50,174 nucleotides of DNA from a virus (Duplodnaviria; Caudoviricetes), in the IMG/VR virus record IMGVR_UViG_3300027804_000083, positions 1-50,174 of that record. One strand, 5' to 3'. Shown piece after piece: positions 17,243 to 25,558 of this stretch. Each line of letters begins with the position of its first letter. Position 1 is the first letter of the stretch. The notes below the pieces were generated by a model. That model was not told where the DNA came from. It did no database searches and saw only the letters and a list, made by a program, of their open reading frames with translations. The translations under genes were made by a program, and so were the position numbers.

Positions 17243-20181
17243 TACTGGACCAATCCTCTGAGTTGAGTCGGGTTGAAGCCCTGTATAGAACCGTTGGGCA
17301 TACGGATATAAACCGTGGCCCGTGGGTCTTGCAGTTTTCCAACCGTACTACCAAGGAAGTTGTACATGCGTTTTGCTTGATCCGGGTCCTGCGGAATCTG
17401 GAACGGATCGCTTTGCGTGCCGGTGTTAGGCGTGCGCATGGCGTAGTCGTTCTTCTCGTAGCCCAGCTGCGTCAGCACCTGCTGACGGGCGTTACGCAAC
17501 ATGGCTTCCATGCTGTTGAATTGCTTGGCTGCAAGCTCCTTGTCAGCGAAGAACTTGGTCGGATCACTGATGCCCTTAGCGGTATCGCGTGCCCACTCTT
17601 GCTCTTGCACCGCCACGCGCCCGCCATCATTGGCCGAAGCGATGTTCTTCAGGATGGAGTTCATGCCGGTGCTAATACGGGTGCTGGCATCTGTCAAGTT
17701 CACATCAGGGCGAACAATGGCAGTGGGCAGTACAGGAACCAGCAGGTTGTTGACCTTGTCCGTGAACCACGCGCCGGGGCCATAGGCTTGTGAGTACACG
17801 CCCTTGAGGTTGTCCAGCGTAGACAAGCTGTTGTCCAGCGAGCGCAGCGTGGAGGTGAGCTTAATACGCTCGTCTTTGTTGGTTTCAACCGTAGTCGGAG
17901 CTTCGCCTCGGTTCTCGACAAACGGATTGTCTGTCGGGCGCAACGTGTAACGACTGCCCAGAGCAGATTGCACCGTTGGATTGTTCGGATCAATCGAAAC
18001 ACCCTTGTAGCCGCCATTTTTGGTTTCGGCAATGACCATGCCTGCAGCACCGTCCTTGAGTTGTCCACCGCCTTGTTTAATCTGCTCGGAAAGTAGGCGA
18101 TAGTCGCCTTTGAGCAACTCGAGTTTGAGCTGCTGAGCATACTTATCCTGCTCCTGCACATCGCTAACGGCCTGGGACAAAGCTGCGGTATCAATCTTGA
18201 TTTGACGGTCCTTGGCCTGTGCCAGCAGTGCCATAAAGCCTTGCGGGAGGTCGCTGGCAGCAGCGGCCAACATAGATATGGGGGTTGAGCCAGGACGAGG
18301 AGCCATGCCTGCGTACTTAAAGCCAGCATCGGCCAGCATCAGCAGGGCATTGACCTCCATGTCGTTCTTGGTGTCGCCAAGCAATTCCTTGTACAGGGGT
18401 GCGTACTCCGCCTTAGCGGCCTTGATACGTTCCATGCGAGACATGGCGGGCTCCATCGTGGGGGTGGCCACGTTGGGCTTGACTGGTGCGCCCGCTGCTG
18501 CAGCATCCCGCTCCTGTTGAGCAGCCAATTTCTGCTGGATAAAGTCACCCAGCGGATCAGCGCTCGGAGCTTCTGCAGGTCTTGCAGGAGCAGCCGTTGC
18601 CTTGCCGGGAGCAGCCACAGGAGCCGGGACTCCAGATTGAGACTGATCAGGCATGCTCGCCGTGTTGGCAATCGCGGCGGCCAGCTCTTCGTTGCTCAAG
18701 CGGCTGATGTTGGGCATCGGAATACTCTTGTCGCGGGTGCGGTAGTACTCCTGCTCAAACTTCTGCATCAGCTCTTGACGAGCGGGATCAACTCTATCGC
18801 CGACCACGCCCTGGTACACACCGCTTGCGCCAATCACGCCTGCCCCTGTTGCGGCAGCGGGGGCAGCTAAAGTGCTGGCTCGGCCTGCCATGGTGGTTGC
18901 CTGAGGACCCGCAAGATTAGACAAGTGCTGGGTCAGCGTCGGGTACTTCAGGATTTGCTCTGCCGTATAGCGACCGCCTTCGCCACGCACATTTTCAAAG
19001 ATCGGGCGGAAGGTCTGGGGGAAGCCCTGAGACATCAAACGACCGCCCAAAGCATTTGCTTCCATGCCCAAGGTGCTCAGTTTGTCGGCTCCCATCTGAG
19101 CAAAACGCATCATCGGGTTCACAAATGCTCCACCAAAAGCATGCAACGGGGGCATGCCATCAGGCGTCGGAGGATGGTCCACCATCCCGCCGTCAGCAAA
19201 CATTGAATTGCCCTTAAATGCGTTTCCGTACAGACTAACGTAGTCTTGCTGTCTTTGCAAAGACATGCCCTGCGCCATCATCGGATTGAGTACCGGGGGT
19301 GCAATCTTGGGACCGCCTTCTGCTGCGGGAGCAGTTGCGCCAGGAACTTGTTGGCTTCCACTGCCCGCTTGCGCTGCTTGGCTTTGCTTGAACGCCGCGA
19401 ATGCTGCGCCTGTCTGCGCTGCTTTTTGAGCCGCATCCTGCTGCTCAGGGGTCATGGCGGCAGACATGTCTCCGCCGCCCAATTGAGAGCCCATTACCTT
19501 TTGCATGTATTCCTGGTTAAAGCCCTCTAATTGATTTGGAGCCCCCTGGGAGGCACCATATCCCTGTTGGAGCGCAGTAGTTGCCTGCTGACCAAGTTGG
19601 CCCCCGCCCATACCGCCCATGCCACCTGCACCGACACTGATAGGAACGCGCAGAGTTATGCCGCCCTCACCGGTTACTTCTCCGCCACCGGCGAGTTGTT
19701 GGGGCGGAGCCTGTTCAGCCCCGCCCTGGGGGAAAGGGGGCGCACTCGCCATGCCCGGAGGCATGGCCGCTGCTATGCCCTGCGGCCCGGGAGGAGGAGC
19801 AGGAGGCTGTTGGCCTGCTTGAGGGGGCATCATGCCCTGAGCACCGGGCAACCCGCCAATACCGCCTTGCTGGGCACCGAGTTGCGGTTGCAGCATGGCA
19901 AGGACTTCAGGAGGCGTTTCCATAGCGGCTTCTTCGCCTACCATCTGAGCCAGTTCCTGGTAACGCGCATCCACCGAACGCATGTCGCCGCGCAGCGTAT
20001 TCATCAGAATCTCAGGATTCTGAGGCGTGCGGGACATCTGCGGCATCTCTTCGGAAGGCTCAGGCATCTCTTCCATCTCTTCCATCTCTTCCATGTCAAA
20101 GCCGGAGAGGATGCCGGAGTTGCGAGCATCCTTAGACAAGGGCATCGCAAACATGGCGCGTTTGAGGATGTCTTCTTTCAT
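17242..20181 (-). CDS. internal virion protein
   Basis: 979 aa, Pro/Gly/Gln/Met-rich N-half with ADGG-type motifs, helical C-half. Confidence 0.6.
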   Translation of the reverse strand: MKEDILKRAMFAMPLSKDARNSGILSGFDMEEMEEMEEMPEPSEEMPQMSRTPQNPEILMNTLRGDMRSVDARYQELAQMVGEEAAMETPPEVLAMLQPQLGAQQGGIGGLPGAQGMMPPQAGQQPPAPPPGPQGIAAAMPPGMASAPPFPQGGAEQAPPQQLAGGGEVTGEGGITLRVPISVGAGGMGGMGGGQLGQQATTALQQGYGASQGAPNQLEGFNQEYMQKVMGSQLGGGDMSAAMTPEQQDAAQKAAQTGAAFAAFKQSQAAQAGSGSQQVPGATAPAAEGGPKIAPPVLNPMMAQGMSLQRQQDYVSLYGNAFKGNSMFADGGMVDHPPTPDGMPPLHAFGGAFVNPMMRFAQMGADKLSTLGMEANALGGRLMSQGFPQTFRPIFENVRGEGGRYTAEQILKYPTLTQHLSNLAGPQATTMAGRASTLAAPAAATGAGVIGASGVYQGVVGDRVDPARQELMQKFEQEYYRTRDKSIPMPNISRLSNEELAAAIANTASMPDQSQSGVPAPVAAPGKATAAPARPAEAPSADPLGDFIQQKLAAQQERDAAAAGAPVKPNVATPTMEPAMSRMERIKAAKAEYAPLYKELLGDTKNDMEVNALLMLADAGFKYAGMAPRPGSTPISMLAAAASDLPQGFMALLAQAKDRQIKIDTAALSQAVSDVQEQDKYAQQLKLELLKGDYRLLSEQIKQGGGQLKDGAAGMVIAETKNGGYKGVSIDPNNPTVQSALGSRYTLRPTDNPFVENRGEAPTTVETNKDERIKLTSTLRSLDNSLSTLDNLKGVYSQAYGPGAWFTDKVNNLLVPVLPTAIVRPDVNLTDASTRISTGMNSILKNIASANDGGRVAVQEQEWARDTAKGISDPTKFFADKELAAKQFNSMEAMLRNARQQVLTQLGYEKNDYAMRTPNTGTQSDPFQIPQDPDQAKRMYNFLGSTVGKLQDPRATVYIRMPNGSIQGFNPTQLRGLVQ
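20044..20094. repeat. 9-nt tandem repeat CATCTCTTC (encodes EEM on minus strand)
   Basis: Three perfect copies at 20065-20091 and a fourth at 20044-20052. Confidence 0.85.
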
Positions 20182-20190
20182 TTCTTTTCC

Positions 20191-21468
20191 TTAAAGGAGG
20201 CCAGCTTTGTTCGCCGCGCCTGCAGTGGCGGCAACCCCGGTGGCCAAACCTGCGGCCTGCTGGAACGGACTTGGAGTAGCCGCTGACTGCTGAGTTACAG
20301 CCATTTGCGAGGACGGTGCACCCTTGTAGATGTCCGACACAAAAGCAATGTTCTGGTACGGCTGCATCGCGTTTTGCATCTGCGTAGCGCGGGTCGCATC
20401 CAGCTCGGACTGGTACTGCTTCTGCTGCTGAGCACCCGTGTTGTACAGGAAGTTGACATCCTGCTGGCCCAACTGCTGAGCAGTTTGGCCCAATGCGGCT
20501 TGCTGCACGCCTGCGTTGCCAATCTGCGTGCCAAGCGATCCAAGGCCCTGGGCCGTCTGCAAGCCCTGGCTGAACTGCTGGTTCGCCAGATTGCCAATAC
20601 CCTGACCCAGGTTCTGAAGCTGTTGACTTTGCTGGCCCAGGATGTTGGCCTGTTGGCCCGCCAAATTGCCGTATTGGGCACCCATGTTGCCAAGCGCCTG
20701 CCCTTGTTGCATCTGGCGCTGTTGCTGCTGTTCAAACGCTTGCTGAGATTGGGCTTGTGCCCCGCCGTAGCCCTGCATGAGCATGTTGGCGATGGCTTGG
20801 TTGCGGGTCTGATCCAGATTGCGTGCCATCTCAGCCCGCTGTACGCCTTCGCGAGACCCACCAAACGCACCTGCTTTGACGGCCTGGGCTTGTTGATTCA
20901 GGCCCGCCATCGCTCCCTGACGATTGATCTCATCCAGGCCCTGACGCATGACCGTTTGCAAGAACGGGTTCATGTAGTCCTGAACGGAGTTAGGGTTGTA
21001 GCCCTGTGCGGCTCCAGCCAGGGAACCAATTCCTGCGTTTATGGCCCCATAACCTTGCCCAGCCTGCTGAGCATACTGCCCCATCTGTTGGGCAGGATTG
21101 GCCGCCATGTTCATGGCCTGCTGAGCAGCCCCGAATTGACCACGGGTGTCTGACCCTCGCAGTACATCTGCTGCTTCGCCCATGGTCCGTGTGCCTTGGG
21201 TCAGGGATTGCGCACCCCCTTGCAGATACGGCGAATAAGCACCGATGCCCGCACGGGCAAGGCCCAGGGCATCCAGCTGGTCCTGGGACATTCCCGCGAT
21301 TTTGTAATCGGGGAGATTAGGCGGAGCAGAACCAAGCGCCTGCGCAGACTTCAGTAAGCCTACTTTATAGGCTTCAATATCCGGTGCTTCCCGGACGTAC
21401 TGCTCAGTAATATTTGCCGCTTGTGCGCCCGTAGCGGTAGGTGTATATCCAGTAGGAGTGGTTGCCAT
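20191..21468 (-). CDS. Gln/Gly/Ala-rich internal virion (pilot-like) protein
   Basis: YMNPF, AGAFGGSR motifs; long Q/G/A amphipathic repeats. Confidence 0.6.
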   Translation of the reverse strand: MATTPTGYTPTATGAQAANITEQYVREAPDIEAYKVGLLKSAQALGSAPPNLPDYKIAGMSQDQLDALGLARAGIGAYSPYLQGGAQSLTQGTRTMGEAADVLRGSDTRGQFGAAQQAMNMAANPAQQMGQYAQQAGQGYGAINAGIGSLAGAAQGYNPNSVQDYMNPFLQTVMRQGLDEINRQGAMAGLNQQAQAVKAGAFGGSREGVQRAEMARNLDQTRNQAIANMLMQGYGGAQAQSQQAFEQQQQRQMQQGQALGNMGAQYGNLAGQQANILGQQSQQLQNLGQGIGNLANQQFSQGLQTAQGLGSLGTQIGNAGVQQAALGQTAQQLGQQDVNFLYNTGAQQQKQYQSELDATRATQMQNAMQPYQNIAFVSDIYKGAPSSQMAVTQQSAATPSPFQQAAGLATGVAATAGAANKAGLL

Positions 21469-21470
21469 GT

Positions 21471-24074
21471 TTAGCCCCGTGAAGCGTTGCGCTCAAGTTG
21501 ATGCATCAGAGCGTACATTTTCTTCGCTCCAGCTCTGCGGTCGCCTTTACCCGCGCCACGTACAGCCTTGGCCGTCATGACAAATTCGCCGTCAGAGAGC
21601 ATCGCAGGGATGGAGTCCGACTTCTCGGTTCCAGGGCCACTGATCTGTCCAGTACGGCGAGGATACCCGCCCTCGGCCAAAGTGGCAAGACCTGCAAGGT
21701 TAGGATTCAACAACTGCTGCTTAAACTGCTCGTTGTATAAAGAAGGATACAGGCGAGCGGCCAGCGAAGAGATTCCAGGCCTACTGCCAGTGTTGGGAGG
21801 CGACGATCCCAACGTCGGAGTGGGGGCCACAGGATTGATAGGATTGGGTACCGGCTGAATTGAAACATCCGGGGCGGGGTTGGTAGGCAGAACTGGAGTC
21901 GTGAACTCGTCAATTGCATCTCTTACTGGTTCAGTAGTGCGAAGAATCAGGCCCTTTGTTCCAGACAATGCCTGCCGTACCGCGTCAAGAACGTCTCCTC
22001 CCCAAGACATATGCACCGTCGGCTGCAGGCTTGCAATTCCGCCATCGCCCATGCCGCCCTCAGAGGGGGGAGCAGCCGGGTTCATCGGACCGCCGTCCGC
22101 GCTTTGCATATAGCCGCCATCTGCCGCATACCGGGGACGGTTGCTATAAAAATCAATCGGCTGGAACAAGTTGCTGTACATGTTCGCGTTGTTGTATGGC
22201 TGAGCAATTCGAGTCTGTTGGCCTAAAGCGCCAGGGGGAGGCGTGTAATAGGTCGGTTCAGACGTCGAAGTGGTACCCGGCATCGGCTGACGTGTGGTTT
22301 CGATCGAGCCCCGGGGATCCCAACGCTGTCCGCCGGTAATGTACCCACGCTCGTCGTACTGCACTCCAGGCAAGTTTTGAATGAGGTACTGGCGGGGGTT
22401 ATCCCTTACCAAGTCCTCGCCAGGAGTCCCAGCAAGTTTCCCTGCCAATTCAGACGGGGGCAGCGGAGTGGGCTTGAATCCGCCCGTCAGAGCCGCAACG
22501 CCTAAGCCAGCAGCGGCCATGGGGCCGTACTTAGCAAAAACCCCGGGCTTAGCCGCGTCGTATGCGGTTTGATAGGCTTTTTCCGCCAAAGTTTGACTAC
22601 CCGTATCAGCAAGGGCTTGACGATAGGCCTCATTCGCCTTCACGGTGGCGTCTTTGGCACCCTGCTCTGCAATACCAGACGGAGACAGATACCGGTTGTA
22701 CAGGTCCTTGGCCCCTTGATAGGTATCCTGTCCCAGGTTCTGAACCTTGCTTAGCGTGGTCTCATACTGATTGAATTCCGGGCCAAGGGCGGCGATACCC
22801 TGCTGAGGGCCCATGGCTCCAGCAGTTTGAGGCCCTTGGGCCGCGATCCCTGGTGCGAGAGTGGCGGCAGCAGGAGGGGGCGTCGTCGGAGAGGTAGATT
22901 GCTGTCCTCCGCCCTGAGCAATTTGATTGCGGATATCTTCCACGGAGACCGGCTTGCCGTCCTCCACTGGAGCTCCCGGGCCCCCTGGGCCGGTGGGGGC
23001 AGGGGTGCTGGCAAGATTGATCGCTCCAGAGATTGCACCTTGGGTTAGGCCCGTTTTAATGGCATCCTGCAGGCTCTGGCCCGTTAGTTTGCCAATACTG
23101 GCACCCACCACACCTGCGCCCAGAGCAGCTTGTCCTGCAGCACTTGTAACGCCAACAGCACTTCCTACCTCTTTGCCTACTCCAGGAGCCAAAGCGGCGG
23201 AGAAGTACGAGGTGGCACCGGCCTTCAAAACGTCCTTGAGACTGCCGCCCATCACACCGGTAACGATGCCAGAAGCAAGGCCTGCAGCGGCGGCGGTACT
23301 TCCGACCAGACCCATGCCGGTAATGCCAAAGGCCCCCGGGCCAAGGAACGTGGCCAAGGCAGCAGTGACCAGGATTCGACCAACGGTGCTGCTCAGGACG
23401 GGCTTGAGCGCATCGGCGATGCCGCTGGTGACGCCGCGAACAGCCCCTACTACGCTTTTACCAGCATCAACGAGATCCTTGAGGGGGTTCCAATATTCAG
23501 GTAGCCCAGTACTTGGGTTGATGGTGCCCGAACCCCCGCGCTTTTTGAGCATGCGGGCTTCGCCTTTGGTGATGTGCGCAAGCGTGGTGTCGCCATAACG
23601 GCCTTGGTTTGCCACCATCCGAGCGGCTTCGGCAATACCTCCCCGTGCCATCGTGGCCGGGGGTTGCGGCATCTGGGCCTGCATTTCACGGGCGTTACCC
23701 GTTTGGCGTTCCCGCTTTGCCTGCAGAAACACCATACCCAAAGCGGCGATCAGCTCAGGATCGTACTTCTCAGGCAGCATGCCCTCTTCAAAAATCCCCT
23801 GGGAAATGGCCTGTTGAACGGTTTCGGCATACTTTTCCGGGTGATCGTGCAGGTATTGGAAAAGCGCAATCACCAAGTCCAACTGTTCATCCGTCAGCTG
23901 ATCCAGCATTGGGGTCAGCTGGGCCATCAACTGCTGAATCTGGCCACTGGCTTCAGGGTTGGTGTCGCCCAGGGCCCCGGAAATAGCGTCGTAAGAGTCG
24001 TCGATTGACAATTGCGGAGCGGCTTCTTGGCCCCCTTGTGGCAGGGACATAATGCCTTGTTGTTCAGTGGCCAT
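21471..24074 (-). CDS. internal virion protein with Gly-zipper region and AxGG-associated domains
   Basis: GRYGDTTLAHITKGE...NPSTGLPEY; hydrophobic GxxxG region; C-terminal GPGTEKSDSIPAMLSDGEFV. Confidence 0.65.
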   Translation of the reverse strand: MATEQQGIMSLPQGGQEAAPQLSIDDSYDAISGALGDTNPEASGQIQQLMAQLTPMLDQLTDEQLDLVIALFQYLHDHPEKYAETVQQAISQGIFEEGMLPEKYDPELIAALGMVFLQAKRERQTGNAREMQAQMPQPPATMARGGIAEAARMVANQGRYGDTTLAHITKGEARMLKKRGGSGTINPSTGLPEYWNPLKDLVDAGKSVVGAVRGVTSGIADALKPVLSSTVGRILVTAALATFLGPGAFGITGMGLVGSTAAAAGLASGIVTGVMGGSLKDVLKAGATSYFSAALAPGVGKEVGSAVGVTSAAGQAALGAGVVGASIGKLTGQSLQDAIKTGLTQGAISGAINLASTPAPTGPGGPGAPVEDGKPVSVEDIRNQIAQGGGQQSTSPTTPPPAAATLAPGIAAQGPQTAGAMGPQQGIAALGPEFNQYETTLSKVQNLGQDTYQGAKDLYNRYLSPSGIAEQGAKDATVKANEAYRQALADTGSQTLAEKAYQTAYDAAKPGVFAKYGPMAAAGLGVAALTGGFKPTPLPPSELAGKLAGTPGEDLVRDNPRQYLIQNLPGVQYDERGYITGGQRWDPRGSIETTRQPMPGTTSTSEPTYYTPPPGALGQQTRIAQPYNNANMYSNLFQPIDFYSNRPRYAADGGYMQSADGGPMNPAAPPSEGGMGDGGIASLQPTVHMSWGGDVLDAVRQALSGTKGLILRTTEPVRDAIDEFTTPVLPTNPAPDVSIQPVPNPINPVAPTPTLGSSPPNTGSRPGISSLAARLYPSLYNEQFKQQLLNPNLAGLATLAEGGYPRRTGQISGPGTEKSDSIPAMLSDGEFVMTAKAVRGAGKGDRRAGAKKMYALMHQLERNASRG

Positions 24075-24107
24075 GGGGGTTCCTTTGCAGGGCGTAAGAG
24101 TGGTTGA

Positions 24108-24136
24108 ATCGTATCATGAGGAGGGGTTTCAGACAA
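24108..24136 (-). promoter_or_regulatory. putative sigma70 promoter with extended -10 for the internal-virion genes
   Basis: TTGTCT (24136-24131)-17 bp-TACGAT (24113-24108) preceded by TGn, in an 86-nt gap. Confidence 0.5.
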
Positions 24137-24160
24137 TCAGGATTGGCGTCACTGCGTCAA

Positions 24161-25549
24161 TTACCGGCTGACTTCTTCCCAATCCAACGAGCCGAGTACT
24201 TGGTGGCTGGCTCCATCGCTAGCGCAAGCCAATGTTATCTCATAGGCAGTTGCAGTGAAGGGGTCTCGCTCAAGCTGGGTGGTAAACAGTGCAGCCTTGA
24301 GGATGTCAACGCTGGATGACCCCTGATTAGAGCCTTGGAAATAACCCGTCGCCAAAATTCGCCCGGTACCCACAGTGAATGCGGTTCCAGTAATGTTGTA
24401 TTCCACCGCTGAGTTTGTTCCCGCGCTGACCCACGTTCCGCCAGTCGTAGTGCCCGCCGCCACAACTTCCCACTTGTAGTTCGCGTTGTTTGTGATACCC
24501 AAGATAGATATGGCCGTCAGAATGGCAATGGCATCCAGCCGGGTTGATTTCAGGCGAAACGACACAACTGGATAAAACGTCCCGGAAGTGGTTAGTGTTC
24601 TTGGGCTGGTGATGGTATTGCCAGCAGATAGCTGAGCACCGCGCAGTTCATATCCACCCTCAGAAATCACGGTCGAGCAGACTTGTTTCAGAGTGCTGGC
24701 CCCGGATGTAGCTCCCGTGTTCGTCATCTCGTACCGCAGTGGCAAAGAGGCAGTGGTGATGTACGTGGTGGTGACTAAGTTGGCATGGTCAAAGTTGTGG
24801 ACAGGGACAAACGCGCCGTTGATGATGAACCCCGTGCGAACAGTGCCAAGACCCAACCATTCAATGTCTAAATACAGGATCTGCGCCTTAGAGGCATCCA
24901 GCGTCAGGCCCGACGGCCCAGTGCCGTCCATAGGGTCTTGGTTCCAGTCGGCCTGAGCAACTCGTGTATTAGTCAAAGACCCAGTCACGCTACTGCGCTC
25001 GACCATGTAGTTGGTCGTTCCGTCGCGTTCAAAATAGATGCCGTTTGCCGCGCCAAAATATCCTGCTCGCTGGCGCAGACCGGCTTTGGCTGTACCAAAC
25101 ACAAAGGTGTTCATAACCAGCAGACTCTTGCCCGGCTGGTATGCAAAGACTTTGATGGTCTCGCGGATGATCTGGTCTCCACTGGCAGAACCCACAGTCA
25201 GGTTAACCAAGCCCTCGTCCGCGCTGAACGTAGCCGCTGCAGTGCCAGTAATGCTGCTTGCCCACAGGTTGTTGTCTGCGTAACGGTGGGAAGAGTCAAA
25301 CAAAGTCAGGGGGTTGCTGACCCGCAGGCGCCCGAAGGCATCTGTAGACGTAGACGGAAAGGAAATTGGCAGTTCTGAGGTGGTGGCCATGAGCTGTCCC
25401 ACAATCTTGTTGAGCTGGTTGAAATACAAGCGCAGCACGTTGTTGAACTGCTCTTGGTACTGGGGGTTGTACTGAGCAGGTGCCAGAGGCAAGTTAGGAG
25501 GCACAACTCGGGTGAGCTGTGCCTCTGAGGTGACGATCAATGTTGACAT
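24161..25549 (-). CDS. tail-associated protein with beta-sandwich C-terminal domain
   Basis: PNLPLAPAQY...LRLYFNQL N-terminus fused to a DAFGRLRVS-starting beta-rich domain. Confidence 0.6.
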   Translation of the reverse strand: MSTLIVTSEAQLTRVVPPNLPLAPAQYNPQYQEQFNNVLRLYFNQLNKIVGQLMATTSELPISFPSTSTDAFGRLRVSNPLTLFDSSHRYADNNLWASSITGTAAATFSADEGLVNLTVGSASGDQIIRETIKVFAYQPGKSLLVMNTFVFGTAKAGLRQRAGYFGAANGIYFERDGTTNYMVERSSVTGSLTNTRVAQADWNQDPMDGTGPSGLTLDASKAQILYLDIEWLGLGTVRTGFIINGAFVPVHNFDHANLVTTTYITTASLPLRYEMTNTGATSGASTLKQVCSTVISEGGYELRGAQLSAGNTITSPRTLTTSGTFYPVVSFRLKSTRLDAIAILTAISILGITNNANYKWEVVAAGTTTGGTWVSAGTNSAVEYNITGTAFTVGTGRILATGYFQGSNQGSSSVDILKAALFTTQLERDPFTATAYEITLACASDGASHQVLGSLDWEEVSR

Positions 25550-25558
25550 CAGCCTTCC

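Noticed and set aside
20044-20094. 9-nt repeat as CRISPR or phase-variation tract
   Set aside because: Too short, no spacers, and the unit is a multiple of 3
14117-21153. Long plus-strand ORFs (327, 251, 282 aa and others)
   Set aside because: Lie opposite well-supported virion genes, with shadow-frame composition
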